DNA of 64,000 nt from Spirochaetales bacterium (GTDB taxonomy: Bacteria; Spirochaetota; Spirochaetia; JABEVK01): NCBI GenBank assembly GCA_037142615.1, contig JBAXAI010000006.1:64001-128000 (forward strand), in the 5' to 3' direction. A model generated the notes under the pieces. The model saw only the letters and a list, made by a program, of their open reading frames with translations. It had not been told where the DNA came from and did no database searches. Both the position numbers and the translations under genes were made by a program. Each line of letters starts with the position of its first letter. Position 1 is the stretch's first letter. Below are positions 55,288 to 64,000 of this stretch, piece by piece.

Positions 55288-56822
55288 GCTTGGCTCCCGG
55301 CGACGAGTTGTCGCACCAGTTCGGCGGCGTGGGCATTGCTCTCGGCAACGAAAACCCCGGCGCCGCTTAAAGCCGCCCGCTGTTGGGCCAGGTTCTGGGG
55401 GTCCTTGTCGGTGCCGCAGACAAAGCCCACAAACTCCAGCTTGCGACCTTCGGCTTGGGCAACCGCCCGTGAGCGGGCGATCACCTCGACGAGGCCCGCC
55501 GCCGGGTTCTCATGCGCTCCGTAGCCGAGCACGAGGTCCAAGAGAATCAGCCCGGTCTGGGGGTCTTTTGCCTCTTGCAGCAGGCGATCGTTGCGGGTGG
55601 AAGGATCGATCATCGGGTGGGGTTTTCCGCGGGTAAAGTCGTCATCGCCCAGGTCAATCAGGGTATGACCCTGGCTCTTCCACAGGTCAGGAAGTTTTTG
55701 CACGCCTTTGGTCGGGGTATTGGAAAATACCTCACCCAGAAAAGGCTGCAGCAAAATCTGGGCCTCGTAACAGAACGTGCCGCCAGTGAAAAGTCCCCGG
55801 ACAAAGCCCGCGGCGTGGCGGCCTTCGAGCAGGGCACGGTCGCTATCGCCGCGTTCGGGGCCCGCCTTTGTTCGCTGGCCCGTCAAGAGACCGACAGCCA
55901 GCACGGCAGCCTGTTCCAGCGTCGGGGCAAAGGTCAGCTTGCCCCGAGCGGGTCTGATTTCGTCGCCGAGAAAGCAAATCACGATGGGCTTGGTGACTTT
56001 CTGCGCCTCTTCCAGAATTCTGGCAGCAACCGACTCGGCCGGCGGCTTGGAAAGCAACACAATGACCTTTGTCTTTTCGTCGGCGGCGAAGAGCCCAAGG
56101 GCAGACAGCATCGTGATGCCCCCGACTTCCTGGCTCAAGTCGTGCCCGCCGGTGCCAATGGCGTGCGAAATACCTTGCCCCAAGGAATCGATCAGGCAGG
56201 TCACCTGCTGGATGCCCGTGCCCGACGCCCCCACGACGCCGATGGCCCCGGGGGTCACCACATTGGCAAACGCCAGCGGAACCCCACCCAAGATGCTGGT
56301 ACCGCAGTCGGGGCCCATCACCAGCAAATCATGGTCGCGGGCGTAGGTCTTGAGCTTCACTTCTTGCCAACCCGGCACATTGTCGCTGAACATCATGACG
56401 TTGAGGCCCTGCTTGAGGGCCTTGAGCGCTTCGGCACCGGCAAACTCCCCGGGCGTCGAAATAAGCACCACGTTGCCAAGCGGGTCTTGTGCCAGCGCCA
56501 TCGCGATCGAGCGGGGGGGCTCGGTCTTGGCCGAAGAGTCACCGACGCCCTTCTTCTCGTCGAGGGCCTGCTGGGCAAACTCCAAAGCCGCCTGACCCTG
56601 GGCTACCGAGTTTGCCTGCACCACCACGAGCAGGTCGTTGGGTCTGGCTGCCAGCGGTTGGCTCAGCAACCCGGTGTTGAGCAGCAGGTCGAGGTTGGCG
56701 GCGGTGGCCATCTGCACCGAGGCAGATACCACGCCGTCCTGGGCGGTCAACTTGGCCGACAATTGCATCAGGGCCACCGAGTCGCGGTAGTACCCCGGCA
56801 GGAACTGCTGAACCCTCTCCAT
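55284..56822 (-). CDS. fdrA: FdrA/YahF (AllF-like) protein, succinyl-CoA-ligase-like fold
   Basis: YRDSVALM, FSDNV, MGPDCGT, GASGTG, GTGGHDL, SKPP, DLGDDDFTRGKPHPMIDP. Confidence 0.92.
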   Translation of the reverse strand: MERVQQFLPGYYRDSVALMQLSAKLTAQDGVVSASVQMATAANLDLLLNTGLLSQPLAARPNDLLVVVQANSVAQGQAALEFAQQALDEKKGVGDSSAKTEPPRSIAMALAQDPLGNVVLISTPGEFAGAEALKALKQGLNVMMFSDNVPGWQEVKLKTYARDHDLLVMGPDCGTSILGGVPLAFANVVTPGAIGVVGASGTGIQQVTCLIDSLGQGISHAIGTGGHDLSQEVGGITMLSALGLFAADEKTKVIVLLSKPPAESVAARILEEAQKVTKPIVICFLGDEIRPARGKLTFAPTLEQAAVLAVGLLTGQRTKAGPERGDSDRALLEGRHAAGFVRGLFTGGTFCYEAQILLQPFLGEVFSNTPTKGVQKLPDLWKSQGHTLIDLGDDDFTRGKPHPMIDPSTRNDRLLQEAKDPQTGLILLDLVLGYGAHENPAAGLVEVIARSRAVAQAEGRKLEFVGFVCGTDKDPQNLAQQRAALSGAGVFVAESNAHAAELVRQLVAGSQA

Positions 56823-57487
56823 CACGCCAAGGCTTCAATGATTCGCTGCGAAGGGGTGACCCAGCCGAAGATTCCGCCCTGGGCCTTGATCATCTCGAGG
56901 GCCAGCCGGTTGAACTCGGGAAAGTACGACGCCACGGCGTCGGAAGCGACCACGCACTCGTAGCCCCGATCGTTGGCTTCGCGCACGGTGGTCGTGACGC
57001 ACACCTCGGTGGTGACGCCGCAGCAGATCAGGGTCTTGATGCCGTAGTTGCGCAGAATCAGGTCGAGGTCGGTGGCGTGGAACGACCCCTTGCCGGGCTT
57101 GTCGATCACCGGCTCGCCGGGCAGGGGCTGAAGCTCGGGGATGATGCCGTGGCCTTTTTCGCCCCGGATCAGGATGCGGCCCATGGGCCCGACGTCGCCA
57201 ATGCCGGTCTTGAGGTTGCCCCGGGCTTTTTTGGTGGGCGGACAGTCCGACATTGTCGGGTCGTGGCCCTCACGGGTGTGGAGCACCCGAATTCCTGCCT
57301 TCCGGGCGGCCGTGAGCAGGGCTTGGCAGGGTCCTATCGCTGCCCGGAGCAGGGTCACGTTGTTGCCCAGCAGGGTGCCAAACCCCCCTTCTTCCACAAA
57401 GTCCCGCTGCATGTCGATCACGACCAGGGCTGTCGTTTTAGGGTCAAACTCGAGGTTGTACGGCTCGGCGACGATCTCTTTTTTCAT
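56822..57487 (-). CDS. trtA: Isochorismatase-family cysteine hydrolase, triuret hydrolase (TrtA)-type
   Basis: Triad motifs IDMQRDF, DKPGKG, TTEVC. Positions recalled as separating TrtA from BiuH are TrtA-like: GGFGxxLGN, TTE, ASYF, GGIFG. Confidence 0.75.
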   Translation of the reverse strand: MKKEIVAEPYNLEFDPKTTALVVIDMQRDFVEEGGFGTLLGNNVTLLRAAIGPCQALLTAARKAGIRVLHTREGHDPTMSDCPPTKKARGNLKTGIGDVGPMGRILIRGEKGHGIIPELQPLPGEPVIDKPGKGSFHATDLDLILRNYGIKTLICCGVTTEVCVTTTVREANDRGYECVVASDAVASYFPEFNRLALEMIKAQGGIFGWVTPSQRIIEALA

Positions 57488-57873
57488 TGGGGTGTTCCTT
57501 TCTTGCTCTGCATGTACTTGCGCCAGTCGCCAAAGTGCGAAATATCGACGTGTTCGGGTCGGATCTTGTCTTTCGGGAACAGAATACCATCCACGACACG
57601 CCCGTCTTCCAGTTCTACCGGTCCGTCGTACAGGTGAGGGGGCTCCCCGGCCTGAACCCGGTTCCAGACGTCGTCGGGAAGCCGGTAGAGCTCCCCGGCG
57701 ACAGCGACGCCGCCCTGCTGCACTTCGTACATGCCAGGGTGAACGTCGCCGATGCTGAAGACCCGGTATCTGGGCTTGGTGTAAAACTCACCCAGAAACT
57801 CCGCGCCGGCGAGGTTCTTGTGCAGGGCCAATCCCCGCATCAAGGTCCCGTTGACAAAGAGGGTCTTCGGCAT
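57484..57873 (-). CDS. Stand-alone allophanate-hydrolase C-terminal-like (GGCT-like) protein
   Basis: [42 protein letters not shown]. Confidence 0.8.
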   Translation of the reverse strand: MPKTLFVNGTLMRGLALHKNLAGAEFLGEFYTKPRYRVFSIGDVHPGMYEVQQGGVAVAGELYRLPDDVWNRVQAGEPPHLYDGPVELEDGRVVDGILFPKDKIRPEHVDISHFGDWRKYMQSKKGTPQ

Positions 57874-57876
57874 GGT

Positions 57877-59469
57877 TCAGTCGTCCGCTGCTTCGCTGAC
57901 GGGCTTCCAACTGATGGCATGACCGTCTTTCTTTTCCTGGTACATAAAGTAGACAAACACCAGAGCGGCCAGAAGGTAGCCGAACGAGACTGTCGGCGAG
58001 GCATTGAAGGCCAACTGGCTTCCGTGGATGAACCCGAAGAACGACAGGACGACGGCGATGCCCGCGTAGACGGCGGCCCAGTTGAAGCGTTTTTCGATGA
58101 CGAACACACCGATGGCTCCCAGCACCAAACCAGCCAAGATGCCACCACCACCGGTCACCGAGATGCCGTTGTAGTACACGGCCGCGTTCGAGGCCATGGC
58201 CGAGGCGAGCTCGGGGCTCACGCCCTTGCCGGTGGCCACACTCACCACGTTGTTGATCTGGGTATGCAGCCAGTCAGCAATGTTGGGAACCAAGGCCAGG
58301 ATGATCGCTGGCGCATGGCGCCGGGGAGTCGCTTGAAAGGCCTGCGCCCCGATGATCAAACCAATGAACAGCAGAATCGGCAAAATCGCCACCAGCGGGA
58401 TCACCGAAAGCAGCAAGGCCGTCAGCCCAAGCATACACACCAGACCGATGGCGATGCCGGTGGCCAGCGAGTAGCCGATGCGTCCGCCGATGGCCTTCCA
58501 GCCAGGGTGGCCGATGTAAACGGCGGGAGGGAACGGGGAACCAGCGAAGGCGCCCAGAACAGCACCCGAACCGTCGGCCAGCAACACGGCGCGGAGGTTG
58601 TATTCATCCCCAGCGGTGGCGGCCGATTCCACGTTGTTCATGGCCTCGGTAAAGTTGTAAATGCCCAGCGGGATGGCGGTGACCAGCAGCGGCCACACTT
58701 GGTCCATCGAAAGCGAGAACACATCGAGGCTGAACATCGGGATGCGGAACCCAAACTGCCGGAACGAATCGCCCACGGCGGCCGGATGCATGTACTCCGA
58801 ATAGCCCGGTAGCCCCAGAAGCACGGCTCCCCAAGCCAAAATCGCCCCCACGACGACGACCGCGAGGCCGCCCGGAATGCCAAATGGCAGGCGAACGTTT
58901 CCCATCCACGAAATCATGATAATCATGAAACAGATCAGGCCGATCCAGGCCACGTCGAACATCTGGAAGGCGGGAGCCATCGAGATGAAGGTGATCGAGA
59001 TACCGGCCAGGGTGCCCAACATGGCGGCCTTTGGCGTGAACTTGCGGATGATGGGCCCCACCAGCGCACCGGCCATGACAATCAGACCGATGATGAGCGC
59101 CCACACCAAACCGAGAACCCACGCCATCACCGGATTACCGGTGGTCAAATAGGTCGGCAGCATGACGGCAAACACAACGATGAACATGTGCGGCACCGAG
59201 GGGCCGTACGGCAAAGCTGCAACCGTGTCACGCTTTTCCTTCTTGGCCTTTTGGAACGCGAGGTAGGCGTAAAAAATGTTGCCCAGCATAAGCGCCAGGC
59301 CCAAGGCAGGAAGGATGCGCCCGTAGACGGTGGCCTCCGGGATCTTGATGACGAACAGGGAAAGGCTCGTCAGGACAATGGTGTTCAAGAGGACGTTGGT
59401 AAACAGGCCGAAAAAGCCGTTTAAGTCACCCAGGACCCACAGTTTCGGTTTGGTCAGATCTTGTGCCAT
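57877..59469 (-). CDS. NCS2/AzgA-like nucleobase/ureide permease
   Basis: About 14 TMs; GDLNGFFGL, ALPYGPSVPH, NNVESA..AGDEY, YIGHPGWK. Confidence 0.85.
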   Translation of the reverse strand: MAQDLTKPKLWVLGDLNGFFGLFTNVLLNTIVLTSLSLFVIKIPEATVYGRILPALGLALMLGNIFYAYLAFQKAKKEKRDTVAALPYGPSVPHMFIVVFAVMLPTYLTTGNPVMAWVLGLVWALIIGLIVMAGALVGPIIRKFTPKAAMLGTLAGISITFISMAPAFQMFDVAWIGLICFMIIMISWMGNVRLPFGIPGGLAVVVVGAILAWGAVLLGLPGYSEYMHPAAVGDSFRQFGFRIPMFSLDVFSLSMDQVWPLLVTAIPLGIYNFTEAMNNVESAATAGDEYNLRAVLLADGSGAVLGAFAGSPFPPAVYIGHPGWKAIGGRIGYSLATGIAIGLVCMLGLTALLLSVIPLVAILPILLFIGLIIGAQAFQATPRRHAPAIILALVPNIADWLHTQINNVVSVATGKGVSPELASAMASNAAVYYNGISVTGGGGILAGLVLGAIGVFVIEKRFNWAAVYAGIAVVLSFFGFIHGSQLAFNASPTVSFGYLLAALVFVYFMYQEKKDGHAISWKPVSEAADD

Positions 59470-59515
59470 GCGAAACTCCTCTATGCGATTCATGTGCTTG
59501 CCCAGCTACGCCAGG

Positions 59516-59657
59516 ATTGTATACAATTGCTAGCGTAATCCCGGTTTTCTGCTTTGTCAATATCTTCTTGATTCTTTAGTATTATGTTGTTATATAATAC
59601 TTTAAGTATCTATCTGCGAAATTTGAGTTCCGTTCGAACAAGATTCTTTGTATACTG
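59516..59657. promoter_or_regulatory. GntR (FadR-subfamily) operators in an AT-rich divergent promoter region
   Basis: Perfect palindrome ATTGTATACAAT (59516-59527) and partial TTTGTATACT near 59648. Confidence 0.65.
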
Positions 59658-59700
59658 ATATACTGAGAACGAGCCCCGGAAGGCGGGAGGAGACCGACAA

Positions 59701-60387
59701 GTGGCCGAGAACTTGAGTGCCGACGTGTACGAACGTCTGAGCGAGCGCATCCTCAAACTGGACTATCCGCCGGGGTACCGACTGACCGAGGAAGGGTTGT
59801 GCGCCGAGTTCCAGGTGAGCCGTAGCCCGGTGCGGGAAGCGCTGAACATGCTGGTGCAGCGTGGCCTGGTCCGAAAGAATCCGCGGCAGAACTACGTGGT
59901 TCGTGAACTCGACGTCAAAGAGATCCGCGATGCCTACCACGTACGGCTCGTGCTGGAGCTTGAGGTGATGACACTCCTGTGTCGGCAGGGTGTCGACCAG
60001 GCGATCCTCGACCGGCTCGAAGCCCACTGGCTTGGCGTGCGCGACCGCTTGCCCGAGGGCATGGCGCACGCTGCCGACGACGACGAGAGGTTTCACCGCG
60101 AACTCGCCGAGGCCACGGGCAATCAAGCTCTAACCCGGACCTTGGCCGCCATCGATTCGCAGATTCACTTTGTACGCCTGTACGATATCACCAACATCGA
60201 ACGCCTTCGCCGGACCTGCACCGATCACCTGGAGATCCTCACCGCGCTGCGCCGTCAAGACCTCAAGAATGCGGTGGTCGCCTTGGCCAGGAATATCGAG
60301 TGGGCCGAGGCCAACGTCGAGGGAGCGCTCAGCGACGTGGCCTCGCGGAGCCGTGCCGGAGGGCGCGAAGGAACCTCGAGGGGCTAG
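59701..60387 (+). CDS. GntR family regulator with FCD domain
   Basis: PGYRLTE..L...FQVSRSPVREAL, DERFH, DHLEIL. GGAGGAG RBS. Confidence 0.93.
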   Translation: MAENLSADVYERLSERILKLDYPPGYRLTEEGLCAEFQVSRSPVREALNMLVQRGLVRKNPRQNYVVRELDVKEIRDAYHVRLVLELEVMTLLCRQGVDQAILDRLEAHWLGVRDRLPEGMAHAADDDERFHRELAEATGNQALTRTLAAIDSQIHFVRLYDITNIERLRRTCTDHLEILTALRRQDLKNAVVALARNIEWAEANVEGALSDVASRSRAGGREGTSRG

Positions 60388-61442
60388 TCGACCAGCCCCG
60401 CCAACTGGCCGCACGCCGCTGCGATGGATTCGCCGGCTGACCGACGAACTGTCGATACGATGCCCGCCTCGCGGAGTGCCCGCTGGAAGGCATCAAGAAC
60501 CGGCCGTGCCGACGGTGACCAACTGCCCGAAATGCCGGGGTTGTAGGGAATCAAATTGACATGAGCGTCCCGGCCGGCAACCAAGGCGATCAACTCGGCC
60601 AGTTCGCGCTCGCTGTCGTTGACTCCGGCGATCATGATGTATTCCAAGAAGAGGCGGTGGCCGGTGTTGTCTTGGTAGCGTCGAAGGGCTTCCATCAGCT
60701 TTTCGAGCGGCCAGCGCCGGCAGCCGGGCATCAGGGTGTCGCGCAGGTCCTGCCTCGGGGCGTGGAGCGAAACCGCCAGCCTGACCTTGGGAAACTCGCG
60801 CCCGAACCTTTCGATGGCCCCGACCACCCCGCAGGTCGAAACCGACAGGTAGCGCGGCGCCAACTCAAAGCGCCGCTGGTCGGTCAGGCCGCGTAGAGCC
60901 TCTGCCAGGGCCTCGAAGTTGAGCAGGGGCTCGCCCATGCCCATGAACACGACATTGCGCAACCGGCCGCCCTCAGCCCGCAGTTGCTCTACAGCCCAGG
61001 TGGCCTGTTCCAGAATCTCGGCCGCGCCCAGGTCGCGAATCAGGCCAAGGCGCCCGGTAGAGCAAAAGGCGCAGCCCAGGGCGCAGCCAATCTGGGTGCT
61101 CACACACAGGGTGTTGCGGCCCTCGCGCTGCCGGAGGAGCACCGCTTCAAACCGCTGCCCGTCGGGGGCTTCGAACAACGCCTTGGTTGAGCCATCGGCA
61201 GCGGCTTCGAGGCGTTTTGTCCTTGTGGTCTTCCACTCGAAAAGCTGGGCCACCTCAACCGCCAAGGGCTCGGGTAACCGCGCAAGGGCGGCTTCCCAGG
61301 TGACTCCCTCGCGAAAAAGCGCCTTTCTGAGCGCCGAATAGCCTTGTTGGCCTCCGGTTCGGGTTCGGAGGATGCTCAGAACGGCTCCTTCGTCATGAAA
61401 CGAAGGGCGAAGCGACCCAGAGGGCGCAGGCGGGCTGGTCAT
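60384..61442 (-). CDS. rlmN: RlmN/Cfr family radical SAM RNA methyltransferase (RlmN-like)
   Basis: CVSTQIGCALGCAFCSTG, VFMGMGEPL, SLHAP, NLIPYN, AACGQL. Confidence 0.85.
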   Translation of the reverse strand: MTSPPAPSGSLRPSFHDEGAVLSILRTRTGGQQGYSALRKALFREGVTWEAALARLPEPLAVEVAQLFEWKTTRTKRLEAAADGSTKALFEAPDGQRFEAVLLRQREGRNTLCVSTQIGCALGCAFCSTGRLGLIRDLGAAEILEQATWAVEQLRAEGGRLRNVVFMGMGEPLLNFEALAEALRGLTDQRRFELAPRYLSVSTCGVVGAIERFGREFPKVRLAVSLHAPRQDLRDTLMPGCRRWPLEKLMEALRRYQDNTGHRLFLEYIMIAGVNDSERELAELIALVAGRDAHVNLIPYNPGISGSWSPSARPVLDAFQRALREAGIVSTVRRSAGESIAAACGQLAGLVD

Positions 61443-61599
61443 GGTTGATAGACTACATCGTAGGACGGTGATTTCTCTTCGTCAACCAAGGGATTCGTCC
61501 ACAATCTATTGCCGAAGAGGGAGGCTTCTGGCTAGCCCTTGCGCCATAGCCTGTCATGCTAGATAGTTACACGGAGCTGTTCGTGGTTTTGGAGTTGCC

Positions 61600-64000
61600 A
61601 TGTTTCCAATCATCCTGTTCGACGAGTCAGATCGAAACCTCCGCCGTCTCGTGCAACTACTCTACGCGATTGTTGGGCCGTCGTTTGTTCTGATTCTGGT
61701 GCTGGTGGGGCGCGAACAGGTGCTTTGGTCGGCGCTGGCGACCGGCGTCCTCTGTCTGGCGGCGGTGGCCATCACGGGTTTTTCCAAAAACGTCGGGCCC
61801 TACCGGTGGATCTTCCCGGGCGGTGTGGCCCCGGTGTTGTGCTGTGGCCTGGCGGCGGTGTCGCTGGGCCCGATGGGATGGGTCTTCCTGGCCGTGTCGA
61901 CGGCACCCATCGCCTGGGCCGGGGTCTTGTTCTCGGCCCCCGCCGTGATCGGCGCTTTGGTCAGCGGCGTCATCGTTTGCTTTACGGTTCTGACCATCCA
62001 GGGCGGCTGGGTCTTCGGTCTGCTGAGCACCGCGATCTACGCCATCATTCAAGGACTGGTGGCCTGGGTGGCCTTCGCCAAGGCCAACAGTCTCCGGGGG
62101 GCCCGCCTGGAAAGCCTGGCCCGACAAATCGACGAAATGGAACTCAGCATGACCACCGACGGTCACATCACCTTCGCCAACGAGCACGCGGCGAAAAACT
62201 ACGGGTACAGCGTCGACGAGCTGTGCCGAATGAGCATCCGCGACCTGCGGGCCGACCCGGATTCCACCGAGTTCCGGCAGCAGTTTTCCGACGTTCAGGA
62301 AAGGAGTGTTTTGTTCGAGGCCGTCCACCGGCGGGCCGACGGCACCACCTTTCCCGTCGAAGTCAATTCCCGCCGTTTCTGGTCGCAGGGTCGCACACTG
62401 GTGCACAGCGTCGTGCGCGACATCACCGAGCGCCGCGCCAGGGAACAGGCCCTGCGCCAAACCCTCGAGGAGCTACGGCAGAATCAGTACCAACTCACCA
62501 AGGTCATCGAGTCGATGTCCGAGGGCTTGGTCGCCATCGACGCGCAGGGTCGTATTGTCCTGGCGAATAAGTCGGCCGAAAAGACTCTTGGTGTGCCGCA
62601 GGAAACACTGCTCAAAATGTCGGTCAGTGACACGGATTATCAGGCCGTTCATAGCGACGGAACCCCGTGGCCCGCGAAAGACCAACCGGCCATGCTCGCC
62701 TTGGCAAGCGGGTTGCCGCTCATCGACCAAGTGATGGGCCTTGACGACCCGAAAGAGGGTCGTCGGTGGATCAGCGTCAACGCGGTGCCGTTGTTTCTGC
62801 ACGGCGGAGAGCAGCCCGATCAGGTAATTTTGACGTTTGTCGATGTCACCGAGAGAAGATCCTTTACAGACGAGCTGATCAAGACTCGAGAACGATATCA
62901 GATGATTTTCGACCATGCAGCCTCGGGCAACGCCATTTTTGACCGCGAGTGTCGTCTTGTGGTTCAAAACCGGGTTGCGGAAAAAAGGTCGGGTATGGCG
63001 GCAGGAATGAATGTCGGCAAAAGCGTCGAGGAGATGTATGGAGTCGAGCGCGGAGGCCGCCTTCGCAAGCGCATCGTTCGAGTCTTGCAGGACCGGGTTA
63101 CCGACGTTCTGCAATCCGAGTATGCAACTGAACGGGGCCCCAGGTGGGTTGAGTCGACAATCAACCCGGTTTTTGACGATGACGACACCCTTGCCGTCGG
63201 GGTTCACGTGCAGCTGCGCGACATTACGGCCGAGCGTGAACTCGAGGCCCGCGTGGTCCAGGCCCAAAAGATCGACAGTTTGGGCGTGCTGGCCGGCGGC
63301 ATTGCGCACGACTTCAACAATCTATTGGCAGGTCTCTCAGGCAATGTCGAACTGGCGCGCATGAACCTCAAAGCCAACCGAGTCGACACCGCGATCGAAA
63401 AGCTCGACCGCACGTTGCCGGTTTTTCAGCGGGCCAAGGCGCTCAGCCGCCGGGTCCTGACGTTTTCAAAGGGCGGGGAGCCGGTCAAGCGGGTCGAGTT
63501 TCTCGGTCCTCAGTTGGAACGGTGGGCCGAGTTCTCGTTGGTCGGCTCAAGTCTCAAGCTCGAAACGTCCATCGATCCGGACCTGTGGGCCTGCAACTGC
63601 GACAAAGACCAGATCAGCCAGATCATTGACAACCTGGTGGTCAACGCCCGTCAGGCTTCGCAACCGGGAGGAACCGTGAGGCTGGAGGCCGGGAACCGCG
63701 AGGGGAACCCGAAACTGATCCGGATCAGCGTCATCGACTCCGGAGCGGGCATTGAACCGGGTGTGCAAGCCAAGATCTTCGACCCGTTCTTCACGACCAA
63801 GACGAGCGGAACCGGCCTCGGACTGACCACGTCCTTTTCGATCGCCAAGCGGCACGAGGGCTGGATCGAGGTCGACTCGCGCGCGGGCCAAGGAAGCACC
63901 TTTTCGCTCGTGTTGCCCGCCTTGGGCGATGTCGCGCCCGAAGCACAACCCGTCGCTCGGCTCGTGGAGTTTCGCGGTAGCGGTACGGCCCTTGTGGTCG
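61600..64000 (+). CDS. Membrane-anchored multi-PAS histidine kinase, 3'-truncated by the window edge
   Basis: Missing from the ORF track because no stop is in the window. Frame 1 from ATG 61600 gives several TMs, PAS repeats (HRRADGTTFPVEV), LAGGIAHDFNN, FDPFFTTK, GTGLGL and the start of a REC domain (ALVV). Confidence 0.92.
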   Translation, partial: MFPIILFDESDRNLRRLVQLLYAIVGPSFVLILVLVGREQVLWSALATGVLCLAAVAITGFSKNVGPYRWIFPGGVAPVLCCGLAAVSLGPMGWVFLAVSTAPIAWAGVLFSAPAVIGALVSGVIVCFTVLTIQGGWVFGLLSTAIYAIIQGLVAWVAFAKANSLRGARLESLARQIDEMELSMTTDGHITFANEHAAKNYGYSVDELCRMSIRDLRADPDSTEFRQQFSDVQERSVLFEAVHRRADGTTFPVEVNSRRFWSQGRTLVHSVVRDITERRAREQALRQTLEELRQNQYQLTKVIESMSEGLVAIDAQGRIVLANKSAEKTLGVPQETLLKMSVSDTDYQAVHSDGTPWPAKDQPAMLALASGLPLIDQVMGLDDPKEGRRWISVNAVPLFLHGGEQPDQVILTFVDVTERRSFTDELIKTRERYQMIFDHAASGNAIFDRECRLVVQNRVAEKRSGMAAGMNVGKSVEEMYGVERGGRLRKRIVRVLQDRVTDVLQSEYATERGPRWVESTINPVFDDDDTLAVGVHVQLRDITAERELEARVVQAQKIDSLGVLAGGIAHDFNNLLAGLSGNVELARMNLKANRVDTAIEKLDRTLPVFQRAKALSRRVLTFSKGGEPVKRVEFLGPQLERWAEFSLVGSSLKLETSIDPDLWACNCDKDQISQIIDNLVVNARQASQPGGTVRLEAGNREGNPKLIRISVIDSGAGIEPGVQAKIFDPFFTTKTSGTGLGLTTSFSIAKRHEGWIEVDSRAGQGSTFSLVLPALGDVAPEAQPVARLVEFRGSGTALVV

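Overview
GC-rich bacterial window with about 50 CDS, no rRNA, tRNA or CRISPR seen. Gene style suggests a free-living, probably anaerobic spirochaete (inference). It is mostly accessory catabolism in four modules. (1) 1-10.2 kb: a DeoR-associated cluster with a YbiW-type glycyl radical enzyme and activase, two ROK proteins, GMC and Gfo/Idh/MocA oxidoreductases and a ketose-phosphate 3-epimerase. (2) 11.1-26.6 kb: a glycan locus (GH105/88, two GH9, ABC transporter, GH88, SDR, AKR, ALDH) sharing a 23-bp operator present five times. (3) 26.6-42.3 kb: a sulfoquinovose cluster that holds both the transketolase (sulfo-TK) and transaldolase (sulfo-TAL) enzyme sets plus a second transaldolase, with two ROK regulators and two different operators. 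(4) 52.9-60.4 kb: a GntR-linked operon coupling a triuret-hydrolase-type cysteine hydrolase to YahF/FdrA, YahG/DUF1116 and carbamate kinase, a candidate ATP-yielding triuret/biuret phosphorolysis pathway. Also present are an S1-domain protein, an MCP, a MITE between two stop codons, two hybrid kinases, a TetR-MMPL-LolA-like-beta-barrel operon and an RlmN-like enzyme. Family calls come from motifs and recalled reference sequences; no searches were run.
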